In this document: positions 27,002 to 39,200 of the stretch, in pieces
How the letters are laid out: every line of letters begins with the position of its first letter
How positions within the stretch are numbered: position 1 is the first letter of the stretch
The notes under the pieces: model-generated
Databases searched by the model: none
What the model was told of the DNA's origin: nothing
What the model saw: only the letters and a program-made list of their open reading frames with translations
NCBI GenBank assembly: GCA_003427395.1
Contig: BFEA01000004.1
Coordinates: forward strand, 7,243,260 to 7,307,259
Reading direction: 5' to 3'
Source of the DNA: Chara braunii
Lineage: Eukaryota; Plantae; Charophyceae
Length of the DNA stretch: 64,000 nucleotides
Program-made: the position numbers and the translations under genes

Positions 27002-27318
27002 TGACTTGATGGTTTAACATCTTTCTTTTCCCGTGAGAAGGGGGTACCTGGCTAACCCATCCTGTTATCACAGAATGAAAGGAAACAAAAGATAATTTGA
27101 ACTCTTGGCCTGTTGATCAACAACGTGAGGTGTGAAGTTGTGAACCGATCAGCCACGAGCGGTGTGCAGTGTGCACACCTTAGAGGTTGGATTTTTTCAG
27201 AGGTGAATTGAACTTTGGAGTTTCAGTTTTAAAGGAATAATAATAATTGAACTGTCAGCTTTGTTTTCAAATTTGAAATCTGAAACTTGGGTGTTGAAAA
27301 ATTGAACATGGGACTTAC

Positions 27319-27372
27319 TGCAATGAAAAATGTTTTGTCGCCGATCTCAGAGAAGAAGATTAAAAGGAATGC
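27319..27372 (-). CDS. PAM71: PAM71-like exon AFLLIFFSEIGDKTFFIA (first E-x-G-D-K-T motif)
   Basis: 54 nt bounded by CTGCAG and GTAAGT; carries the UPF0016 signature; nearly identical to my recollection of Arabidopsis PAM71 AFLLIFFSELGDKTFFIA. Confidence 0.92.
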
Positions 27373-27590
27373 CTGCAGGGTGAAACCCAGCAAAAAAAGA
27401 AGTACATTGCACATACCCAGAGAAACGATAATCAGACACTGTGCAAGGAAACTGCACAGGAGAAACTCCAATCAGAAGCAAACAAACTCTTTTGACTAGC
27501 ATGAATATGTGACCTGAATACCATCTTGACCTGAAAATAACGCCAGGGCCAGGGTTGCATACCCGCCGACCGTTTTGCAGCCTACTGGTA

Positions 27591-27628
27591 CTGTCTCTTA
27601 TACACATCTAGATGTGTATAAGAGACAG
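27591..27628. other. Nextera mate-pair junction adapter (artefact)
   Basis: Same 38-nt palindromic junction as at 23225. Confidence 0.98.
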
Positions 27629-29067
27629 GGCCCTTTGCCTCCGTCTAGTGCAGTCATCACGAAGGTGCATTCTTTTCCAGTCACGAGTTAGTGGCATAGT
27701 AGTCAAGTGTGGCCTACCCCTAANNNNNNNNNNNNNNNNNNNNNNNNNNNNNNNNNNNNNNNNNNNNNNNNNNNNNNNNNNNNNNNNNNNNNNNNNNNNN
27801 NNNNNNNNNNNNNNNNNNNNNNNNNNNNNNNNNNNNNNNNNNNNNNNNNNNNNNNNNNNNNNNNNNNNNNNNNNNNNNNNNNNNNNNNNNNNNNNNNNNN
27901 NNNNNNNNNNNNNNNNNNNNNNNNNNNNNNNNNNNNNNNNNNNNNNNNNNNNNNNNNNNNNNNNNNNNNNNNNNNNNNNNNNNNNNNNNNNNNNNNNNNN
28001 NNNNNNNNNNNNNNNNNNNNNNNNNNNNNNNNNNNNNNNNNNNNNNNNNNNNNNNNNNNNNNNNNNNNNNNNNNNNNNNNNNNNNNNNNNNNNGGCCTTA
28101 CGGTCCTGGCTCCTTCTATTCTGGGGAGCGTCAGTCCGGTTCCTATTCCACCGGCAAGTCAATATAAACATTACACAAGTACTATCACTCACGCTTCCTT
28201 CCGTCTGGCCAAAGGACCCCTGGACAGCATTGATTGCTCCACCTCGGTGAAGGATTGTCTGCCAGCTTGCCCAACCTCTCTGTTTCCTCTCAGACCGAAC
28301 AAATAGGTCTGCCATGTTACATCGCTGAACCTTAGAAAGAGTCCCTCCCTTGTGGTCATCAACCCGAGCCCTTTCCGTTCCACCTGTTTTTGCTTTTTGC
28401 CTAAGCCACCCTTAACCCCTGAACCCTAAACCCTCTTTCTTCTTAACTGCACCCCAAAATGCCGTTCCCATTCAAGGATCGCTTCCCCCGTAGCATAGGT
28501 ACTCCTTGCTTTGACCCTTTTGGTTCCCTTGTTCGCCTGCGTTACCAATTTGAAACCTGGTCACTACCGCTGAACTTTAAGAGTAGTGTACCGAGAGCGG
28601 TGCTGTCTCGGTTAGGAACTGAATCAAGGGTTCCATTCTCTGATACTGTGCTTTACTGATCCAGATTTCTTCTTGAAACGGAGTTGTGCCCTTCCTACCC
28701 CCAAATAGGATCATTCCTCAACTCAGCAACCCTCCCCCCTGCCCACCATGTTTTGACGAACTGTCTCTAGCCTTCTTCCGCTTCTCTTCGTCATCTGTCC
28801 CTGTACTCTTGATCTTTTTCCAGCTGCATGGAAAATCTGCTTGTAACCGAACCTTAGTCTCCCCCCAGACTCTCTCCCGTGCGCCTGCAGCCTCCTGAAA
28901 CGTTCTGCTGCCTCCTTCCTTCCATTTGACCCGAGGGAAGTCTTACTGGTGAACTCAAACCAGATCCTTTCTGTTTACCGTGGCCACTGAGGGAAGCCAG
29001 TCAAAATGAGGAGGATAATTTTCCTCTCTTTCCTTTAGCCCTACCCCATTTCTGATCCCTGATATCC

Positions 29068-32000
29068 TCATCCCTCCTCTCTCCATTTGAAGCGAAGTTG
29101 TACGCCTCTGGGCTCTGCTACTTTCCCCATCCCCAAAGTATTCTGTTTAATTTTTTTGATTATTTCCTCCTCTTGACCCGGTTGTTGTCTTGCTTGCTGT
29201 CTCACCTTTTTCCACTGCGCGTAGAGATGTGTTTCCACTGCATTGAGGAACAGCTCCCTAGCTTCCTCCCTATGAATTAGTGTTCCTTTCAAAGTGGCCT
29301 GACATCTCCTCTTCCAAATGGTCCACAGTCCATATTCTCTCAGCAGTTGGAAGATGTGTTGCTGGTAGGGCTGCCATCCTTTGGGAACCCCATCCCCCAA
29401 AAGCATGGTAATCTTTGAGTCTGGGAATGCTATCGTCACTACCTGTTTCCAAATCCCCCTAACTTGTTCCCACATTTACTGCCTCCTTACATTCTAGCAG
29501 GCAATGTACCAGTGTTTCCGGAAGCCCTTCTTGGCACACTCTGCAAAGCTCCGCTTCCTCGTTTCTCTGGTTACGACTTCTTCTTTCGTTGAGCCACACA
29601 TTCACCGGTAGTGCCACATGTGCTATTAGCCATTGCATACTCCTAACCTGACCCAGTCTAATAGATAGGATGCTAGACCAAGGTATATCAGGCATTAGGC
29701 TCCTGGGGACCCCTACTTTCTTCTCCCAGCGCTTTGTCAGGGAGTGACCTATGGATCTGGATCTGTTCCTCAGCCTGTACCCCATTTTTGTGGTATATTG
29801 GAGAATGTTGATTCTTCTAGCTACTCTTGATTGCCCATCTCTGATGTTCCAGGCCATTCTCCGGGGTCGACCTCTAGATTCTCGATAGGAACTGTTGAGT
29901 TATATACTGTATACTCATCCATCTCTATTACTCTTACCTTCTGTAGCCCTTGTTTGAGTATATACAGTGGTGCTTTGGAAGATTTGTCCAGTTGGGAAGT
30001 GGTACTGCTGGGCTGTATTATGTCGTATTTGTCAGCTANTAGCCATTCCTTNCTATCCTTGTCCGTGTCCCACACCCTGAAGACCTGTTTAGGTTCCGGA
30101 TCATCTTCCCATGTGGCCCAATCTCCCTCTCGCCATTGCTTTCCCTCTCTCAACAAGAGTACCCAGGATGGATGTATGGAGTCTGTGACTATTCTCAGGT
30201 TGTCATGAAGGTTGTGGCACCCTTTCAATGCACTCCTCAGCTCCCTNGCTGTTTTCCACCGGTTGTTTTCATCATCCCAGATNTGTTTGATCTNCCATAT
30301 TCCGTGTTCCACCCATCTGNCCCATCTCGAATCTTTGCTAGTTAGTGTAAGGGGTTTTCCGCCGTCATCCCTAATGCTAATATTGCAGAATANCGGTTGT
30401 CTTAATACCTCCTCCCTTGTAGTAGGTTCTCTGACCCTCGCTGGGAAGATTTCCTTCCACAGCTGTATTAGTTGTAGCCAATAAGAAGGGTTTCTNGCCC
30501 TCCCNCCTTGTGCATCCNTGTTCTCCTTCCTATAGCCCACTTTAGCCCAGTTGCTACACATGATCCAGAACAGACCCGTCATGTTGTTAGGTGTTTTATA
30601 CTTGGCTATCTGCCTGATCATATCCAATACTAGGGAAGTCCATGATAACTTGGGTTGTGAGATTAGCTTGACCACCCACTTTGTTTGCAAGGCCTTCAAC
30701 TGAAGACTTGGGTCTAGGATGCACAGGCCTCCTTGACCCTTGGCTCTAGCTACCGTTTTCCATGCCACCTTGGTTATGAAATGTTCCGAGTTATGCTTCG
30801 CTGTCCACAAATAGGCTGCGGCCTTTCTCCTAAGATGGGTCGACGTGGCCTTGGGGGGGGTCCAAATTGTCCCCNCNTACCACATCATGGAAAGGATTGA
30901 TGCGTTCAGGATNAGTGCTCTCCCGTATATTGAGGTGTACACTGTCGACCAAGCCCCNACCTTTGCTAACATCTNGGCCATTATATNTGTCGCCATAGAC
31001 TGGTGNGTCCCCTCTTCTGTTATCTTGATCCCAAGGTATCGGAGCGGTTGTTGTGGTGACAACCATTGAAGCCCCTCCGGACTAGTGACTGGTGTTTGAT
31101 TCTCTTGGTCTAGCTCTGACATCCACCAACCCACTGTTTTGTGCCAATTAATTTTAATTTCTGAGGCCAGCTGAAAAGCTTCCATAGCTCTTGTTAGTGC
31201 TTGGAAGGAGGAGTCCGTTGCCCTGATTAAGACTGTCAGATCATTCGCGAACAGTATCGTCGTGGGGATTACCACCTTGTGTCCCTGCTGGTCTGGCGGT
31301 GTTGTTAGCCTTTCTATTGACGGGTCCTTTCTCAAAAAAGAGGCTATTGCCTCCATTATGAAGAGAAAGATAGGAGCAGCTAGGGGGTCCCCTTGCCTAA
31401 CCGACCTAGACATAGGGTAGGTCGAGGATAAGTGACCATTTATCTGTACTTGTCCTTGTGCGTTGTTGTATAGGACCCTTATCCACTTCCTAAAATTCGG
31501 CCCTACCCCCATCTTTTCCATGCACAACTGTAAGAAAGGCCAACTGACCTGATCGTAAGCCTTTTCAAAGTCGAAAAAGAAGATGGCGGCGTTGATGTGC
31601 TTGTCCCTTATGTATCGAACCGACTCAGTTAGGCACATGACATTGTCCAATATAAACCTCCTCGGTATGAATCCTGTTTGATCCAGATGGAAGCAACCTG
31701 TTGTAATTTTAGATAAGCGATTGGCTAGCGCCTTGGCTACTATTTTATGAGTGAGAGTCAACAAAGTTATTGGTCTATAATTTCTTATGTCTGTTGGGCT
31801 CCCTTTTTTGTAAAGCAGCGTGACTATCCCTGTAGCAGGCTCACTTCCTATACCCTCTTCCTGCCATGCCTGTTCGAGAAAAGACACGTATTCCTCGCCT
31901 AAAATTGGCCAAAATTCAACCCAGAATTCTCTAGTGAGGCCGTCTTTCCCAGGGGTTTTATTCGGGGTCATTGTTTTAAGTGCGTCCCATAACTCCTCCT

Positions 32001-33506
32001 GTGTTAAGGGTTCGTCCAGCATGGCCGCGTGTTTTCGTGAGATTGTGCTCCGAAGGTAATTCAGAAACTTGGATCTCGCCTCCTCAACACTGATCTTAGA
32101 AAACTGGTCTTCCACTGATGTGTATAATTTACTATAGAAGTCGAACGCCACCCTTAACAACCCTCCCTTGTCGGAAATAAGCCCCTCTTCCCCTTCTAGG
32201 CTCTCTATGAGATTGTTCCTGCCCCTAGTTCTGATTTTTTGGAAGAAGAATTTGGTCATTCTCTCCCCTTCCTCCCATTCCTTGACTCTAGCTCTCATTC
32301 TTAAGCCTCTCATTTTCCAGCGTTGCCATTCCTGCATCTCCCCTCTAGCCGTGTCTAATACTCTTTCGTACATTTCGTCCCCTGGCTGAAGGATAGTATT
32401 GCGCTCTGCTAACTCTATTGCTCGCGTTAGTTCTTCCTCTCTTTCCTTCCTCCTTTTCGCAAGCCTCCTGGCCACTAAGGCTGAAGCCTTGGACAGTGAT
32501 GTTAGCAGATCTGGAAAAGAGTGTGTGTCTGGGTTGTCTTCTTGACACACTTGTAAGATTGCCTGTCTCATTTCCTGAGTTTTCAGGAGGGAGTTATTGA
32601 TTTTGTAAAAGCCTTTACCCCTGCTGATTAGTTTGTCTGATGACAAAGTCAAAAGGATAGGTTTGTGGTCCAGACCCACATCGTACGGTAGGGAACCTAT
32701 GGTTACAGAATGCAACATACCTGTTATGCCTGGGGATGTTAAGAAATAGTCTATCCTAGAAGCAGAGACGTGTTGGCTACGGTTTCTCTTTCGGCAGGTA
32801 AATCGTCTTTCATCCGGGAAGAGTAACCTATAGGGGTCTAACAGTTCTAGATTTGTCATTAACCCATGAATTGGTAACGACTCTTCTGTCCTGCCCTCCT
32901 CTTCTGATCTAAGGCCCCCTGAAATTCTGTCTAGGTTGGGATCTAAAGTGGCATTCCAGTCCCCTGCTAAGATCAGGTGTCTTTTCCCATCCAGAAGTTC
33001 CTTGAGCCTTTCGATCATATCCGATCTTTGTTGATAATCATTTGGACAGTAAACCGAAAGAAGCGTGTAGGGTTCCTCAAGCAGCTCGAAGTCAATCTTG
33101 ACCCATCTTCCCTCCTCCTCATCCACCCTTGTATCTGTAATGGTGAGATCTTGTCCGTCGCATTCGCCCTTTTGTTCTGTAGTATAACCACTCCCGTGGA
33201 ATGGTTGTTTGCTGCTGGGGCCAACCATGCTTCTTTGATTCTTTGCAGTTTCTTCTCTATCTGGTACCTCGTTTTTTGGTAACCTACAAAATCTTGAAGG
33301 TGTGTTTCCTGCAAAGACAAGAAATCCGGTGGAGACAAAGAGAACCATTCAGAGTAGTTTACTATATTTTGCCACTTGTCTCGATTCTCTAAAATCCCAA
33401 CTAGCCCATTCACATTCCATGATGCTATTTTGAGTTCCGGAGGACCCTTCCCCCTTTCAATCCTTCGTCTCCACTTTCTTGGTCTTCCTGGCTCTCCTCT
33501 CTCCAT
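29068..33506 (-). pseudogene. LINE A ORF2 (APE endonuclease, RT, C-terminal CCHC), frameshifted
   Basis: SWNVNGL, LQETHL, GDWN, SRIDY, NYRPITLL, DFEKAYD, RQGDPL, LFANDL (D-to-N in the catalytic motif), CRVC..ETLVHCLLEC. Confidence 0.93.
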
Positions 33507-33552
33507 TGGGTCTCCTCGTTAACATGTGGACCTCTCCTTTAACTTTCCGTTT

Positions 33553-35629
33553 TCAAGTATCAAGTGCAGTGAGTTCTAAAACTGTTGCTACCTCACTTAC
33601 CTTCTTCTCGAAGAATTCTGGCTTCCAAACGAAAGTCTCCATCTTCACAGCGACTGCTGTGCACCTCGCCACCCATTCCGCGCCAAATTGCCCTCCCAGC
33701 AGCCCGTAAGGGATGGTCTCCACCACCTGCCACGACATCCAGATCAAGCCCTCCCTGAGTTCGGAACCTGCCCCCATTTGAAGAAGCAACGGGCCAAAGT
33801 CGGTTGTTGTCTCCTCGTCACCTTCCTCCCCTATTGTCATTGGCTCAACTTCACCCTCCTTCAATACCAACGCTCGAGATGGCATCTCTCCCCCTATTAA
33901 TCTTTGAAGGTCCGGGCCTGAGCATTGTTCGATCAGGGCCGTTGGCAACTGAAGGGATTGGTTGATTGCCACTTCCCAGTCCGAGTGTCTTGCATTCCAT
34001 CTGCAAGGTAAGACCACTCTCCTCCTTGTCCCATTCTTGGTTTCCAGGGGGGCCGCAACTTCTATCTCCTTCCACTGGCGTTTTGCTATCTTTTGCACGT
34101 TCATTGTGTCGTCCTCCAACTCTCTGTTCTCATCCTTGAGCAGGTTTACCTGCACCACCAAAATTGCTGCTTGCCTTCTCAAGTCCTGAACCTCCTCCTC
34201 TTCACTCTCTCTCTTCTCCTGATCCTCCTCCATTGCTGCCCCATCCATAGAATCTTTCACCCCATTGGCTGAACTGCCTTGCTCCTCTGCCAATTGTGCC
34301 TTTCTTTTCTTGCTGTCTCCCTTCCTTTCCTTGTTGTGATAGCTCTTTGGCCATTGAAATAACCTCCCATACTCCATCTGCTGTATGTGAATCTCATTCC
34401 TTATTGTGCAACTCTCTCTTGCATATTGGGATGCATAAAACTCATTGATTTCCCCCTCCCTCCTTAGCAGTTCAAACCTGTTTTTTGATGTGATGTCTTC
34501 ACCTGCTTGTGTGGCTAGTTGTAGGTTTCTCAAATGTTTGTGGTGGGCCAACCTGATTTCACACTAGATTGTCCTGCCCCATTCCAGCTGTTCCACCTCT
34601 TTTATCCACCGGTCCCTTGTCCAATCCTCCACATCTGGGTCCTCCTGGTCCTCCTCCTCATCTTCTTCTTCTTCCCCCATTGCGGATTCGCTGTCTTCTT
34701 TTTCTGAACTCTCCCTCTGGTCCTCTTCTGCCTGCAGAATCTGTTGTACTGTCATGTTTTCGACATTTTGCACGCCCTTCCTTCTCGCCCTTTCTCTGAC
34801 CTCTTCTTCATCATCGAGTGAATCATGATCCTGGGCACCCTGGGATCCGCATTTGTCTTCCTCGTACTGTGAGGATCCTTCTGGGTGGTCATTGTCAGCC
34901 AAGTCATCCTCTCTCTCTCCTACTGTGTCTGTCCCTTCTTCGCCTGCCCCACTTCCCTTTGAGGTCACCTCCATAGAGCTTGAGTCTGAATCCCTCACCT
35001 TCCCTAGGCTCTTTGCTGATTCCCCCTCTTCCTTCTCCGTAGCGTCCTCACTTCCAGATTGGGTCTTTTGTCTTCTTTTTCCCTGCTGCAAATCACTATC
35101 TTGAGAGTTAGACCCAGTCTCTCCTCTTGCCTCTCCTTTCCTCTTGGTGGAGGTGCTTCCTCCCTCTGTTCCTGTCTTCCCACCTTGCTCGCAGTCCATA
35201 TTGTCTCCCTCCCCCTCCTCCATTTCTCTCAACATCCCCTCCTTGTCTCCTGACTGGCCCTGCTGCTGTGCTCTGGCTTCAGCATTCTCCAAGAATGTTA
35301 ATTCTGCATTCTTCCCTACCTCATGAAGTTCCCTCATGAGCTTCAATCTCTGCTCCACATCCTGCATTACTTCCTTCCTCCAACATAGGTCTAATAAGGA
35401 ATCCCGTTTCCTTGTCCTCCATGCGTTTGGCTCCTGTGTGTCTCCACCTACTGTCGTAAGGGGGATAGATGTCCGGCTTAACTATCGGTTCCCCCTTCAT
35501 CACCCACACCCACTTTGGGTTTTCCAAGTTGTCATCGAAGATCCAACCCCTGTACTGTGTTGCATTTATGTACCATACTCCAGGTTTACTCTCACACTCC
35601 TGCAACATCGATTGCTTCAAAGTCAACAT
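33553..35629 (-). pseudogene. LINE A ORF1 C-terminal part (acidic low-complexity region, coiled coil, unknown domain)
   Basis: Three consecutive minus-strand ORFs directly upstream of ORF2; homologous to LINE B ORF1. Confidence 0.75.
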
Positions 35630-35671
35630 CGATTTCCTGCAACATCGATTGCTTCAAAGTCAACATCGATT

Positions 35672-36230
35672 GCGTCAGTCCGGTTCCTATTCCCCCGGCA
35701 AGTCAAAATACATAATACATGAGACAGAACTCACTCACGCTTCCTTCCGTTCAAGCCGAAGGACCCCTGATCAGCATTGATTGCTCCATCCTAGTGGAGG
35801 ATTGACTGTCAGCTTGCCCAAATCCTCTCTTTCCTCTCAGGCCTGATGAACAGGTCTGTCAGATGCTGCAATAATTCCTAGAAAGAAATCATCTGGTGAC
35901 TTTTCCCTGCTTGGTCCATTCCATGAGCTACTTCGCCCCCCCCTTGGAAGGTCAGCCGTTGTCAATAGTCTGTCGACTTACTTTGTCCCACCACCCTGCT
36001 ATCTCTTCCTCCTTCCTAGGCCCTACTCTTGTTGTTGTTACCACTGTATTAATCTTCTCTGGGGAGCATCAGACCGGTTCCTGTTTCCACCTGCAAGTCA
36101 CAATATATAATATCTCAACAGAGTACTCATGCTTCCTCCCGTCTGGCCGGAAGACCCCTGAACGGCTTTGGTTACTCCATTCTTGGTGGATGCCATGACC
36201 CACTCTTCCCTCTCAGGCCTGTTGAAACAA
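35672..36230 (-). mobile_element. Two extra stacked LINE 3'-tail fragments
   Basis: Tail motifs repeated at 35672-35850 and 36058-36220. Confidence 0.75.
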
Positions 36231-39200
36231 CATCAGTCCGGTTCCTATTCCACCGGCAAGTCAAACAGTAAATACATCCAGATACACACTCACACTTCCT
36301 TCCGTTTGGCCGAAGGACCCCTGACCAGCATTGATTGCTCCTTACATGAGGATTGACCGTCAACTTGACTGTCCCTGAGTTCCCTCTCAGATTCCTCATT
36401 GGAACCTGTCAAAATTTACGATAAATCATGGAAGACACAGATCAACTGCTAGTTGGAGCCTGGTCCGCCTCCTATTCCTTTGAGGCATAAAATTGGTGTG
36501 ACAGACTGCTGGTGGTCTTTCACTGAGTGGGTCTCCGGGGGGCTCACGTATCCCTGTGGTCATGTTGTCCGGTCTGGGGGGGGCCCTCGTTCTTTGGGGA
36601 GCAACCGAGTTGTGCCAGTCTTTCCATCTGATTTGTAGGGAATGAATTTCCGCTATCTTCCCATTGACCAGCTACACCCTCCAGAATTTGGCTATCATTT
36701 CTTGTTGTTCGTCCGGATCCTGCTGAATTTGGAGTTTGACCTTCTTCCATTGGCACCGGATGTCAGTCTCCATGATGAGTCTCGTTGATGCCCACACTTG
36801 TTCCGACGGCATGCTGGAGTTGTCGATGGTCCGCCTGCACCTCTCTTTCCATATGACCCCATAGCGTCACTTTTCTGATTATCCCAAACCAGATACGCTC
36901 GGGCTTGCTGAATTGAGAAGGGATGCTAGTCCATAGGAGTAGCTGCATAGGGTGTTAAGGTAGGGAAGAAGGACACAGGTGGTCCCAGAGTGCTGAGGCT
37001 CTCGCCCATAGATCTGTTGCAAGTTGACAGTTAACTAGGCAATGAATCAGGTCCTCCTGTACGTTGTCAGGGCATACTACACGTTGTGTAGCCAGGCGTT
37101 CACTGGGAGTGCATTGTAAGTAATCCGCCATTGGAGACTTCTGATCTTGCTGGGCGAATTGATTTGTACTTTCTCCAGGGAAATTTGGGGATTGGTTCCA
37201 TTCTCTGACCTAACAACTTTTTGCATCTTTCCTTGATGAGCGGCTCCGGGTCCTTCGTTTTTAGTAGCATTCTGTAGCCCATTTTGACTGTGTACTGTGG
37301 AGTTAGGATGGGGGTCTTACAAAATCTGTTACTGCCTGAGAGCCACGCCCATTCCTCCGAGTCAAATTCTAAGTCTTGCATTGCTGTTTCAACTTGGAAA
37401 ATTGTCGTTGGCCATATCCCAAGTACCCTCACTTTCTGGAGAGCGTATGAGTTGAGGGTCATTTCTTGTGGATCGATGTTGTTAATGGTGAGGCCTTAGG
37501 GTTGGAGCGGTCTATAGGGAAGGAGGTGAAAACTGCCAAGAGCTCTGTACCCGGGGATGTGCAATAGAATTGATAAGCTTTCTCAGGTATAGCTTCCTGA
37601 ATTAAGACTCCCCATTCCCTTGCTTTCCATGTGCATTCTTCCTTCAGGAGATCTTTCCAACCGTATGGGATGCTGTTAACAACAGTTGTCATATTTTCGT
37701 CCTTGTTGTGACATCCTTTCAGGCGTTGCCTTAGTTGATTTTTGTGTATCCAGTCTTTCTTCTCTCTGTCCAGATGTGTGCCACCCTCCAGATTCCATGC
37801 TTGACCCATGAAAGCCATCGCTAGCCGTTTTCGGAAAAGGGACTGTTGTAAGACCTCTTCTTTAGACTTTGGTTTTCTTAGTTTTTTTGGCATGATGATT
37901 TTCCAGATCCGGATAAGAGCTGACCAATAGGGGTTTAGGAAGTGACTCCATTTTGTTGTGAATTCGCCCTCCGCCTTCTCCTTCCTGTCTTGGGTGACCA
38001 ATCGTTGTTCATGACCCATAAACCAAACATATTCCTTGGTGACTGGACTGGGCTATGGCTCTTACACTATCGAGTGCAAGGTTGTGGCAGGCCAAACTTG
38101 GTTGAGTTAACAGTTTAATTATCCATTTCATCTGCAGGGCTTTTGTTTCTTGTTTGGGGTCAATTATGTCCTCGTTATGAAATGCCAGGCTATTTTGGGG
38201 ATGTATCTGGTTTTGTTGGGGTCCCATGACCAGAGATATGCTCGTGCTCTGCTGTTGAGTTCTTTGATCGTGTCATCTGGTATCGTCCAGATGGAGGCGA
38301 TGTACCACAACATCAAAAAGATGGAGGTGTTCAGCGCCAGGGCTCTCCCTAGAAGGGAGGTGTATTGGTCAACCTATCGCCCCATTCTGTTAACTTAGTT
38401 CACAGGTTTTGCGCCATTTGTGGGGCTGGGCCTTCTTTAGAAACCATGATTCCCAGGTACCTGATTGGTTCCTCGGGTTGTTCCCATGTCATGTTCGCTT
38501 CCGGTCGCTCCAGCTGGGGTCTTTCCTCTTCTGTGAACCACCATCCTATGGATTTTTTCCAGTTGATCTTCATTTTTGAGGCTAGCTTGAATGCTTCCAT
38601 CGCTCTTACTAGTGCTTTGGCTGACGAATCTGAAGCCCTGATTAAGACAGTGAGGTCATCAGCGAACATTATTACTGTTGGGAATTGGATATGGTGCAGT
38701 GTACCCGTGTCAAGGAACGGTAGACATTGAATTGATGGGTCTTACGCAAAAAGGAGGCAATGGCTTCCATCACGAATAAGAAGATTGGTGGAGCCAGAGG
38801 ATCGCCCTGTCGTACCGAGAGAGAGATTGGATATCGTTCGGATAGCAGGCCGTTGATCTGGACACAACCAGAGGCGTCTTTATAGAGGATCCTGACCCAT
38901 TTCCTCAAGTTATGTCTGACCCCCATTTTCTCCATGCTCGCATTGAGGAATGCCCAAATAGCTTGGTCCTATGCCTTCTCAAAATCGAAGAACAATATCG
39001 CTGTATTTAATCTCTTCTCTCTTACTTTTCGAGTGGCCTCATTCAGCGTAAGGACGTTGTCTAGAATGTACCAGCCTGGGATTAATCCAGCTTGGTCTAT
39101 ATGGAAGCATTTGTCTGTAAGGTCAAAAATTTTGAGGGCTAATGCTTTTGCTAGAATCTTGTAGGGGAGGGTGAGGAGAGAGATAGGCCTGTAATTTCGA

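Larger units (their letters stand above)
28094..35671 (-). mobile_element. L1/Tx1-clade LINE A, 5'-truncated within ORF1
   Basis: ORF1 remnant, ORF2 with APE-RT-zinc finger, about 1 kb 3' UTR ending in the conserved tail at a gap. Confidence 0.93.

Noticed and set aside
23225-27628. Tn5-like transposon or horizontal transfer
   Set aside because: Exact Nextera junction sequence with duplicated flanks next to gaps.
35750-35845. Glycine- or TPP-riboswitch-like words (GCCGAAGG..CTCTCAGG; CTGAGA..CTGATCAGGG)
   Set aside because: The remaining aptamer consensus is missing and the sequence is a LINE 3' tail.
36050-36061. CAGAGAAGATTA match to U6 at a LINE tail junction (minus strand)
   Set aside because: Only about 8 nt beyond what the tail itself supplies; compatible with chance.
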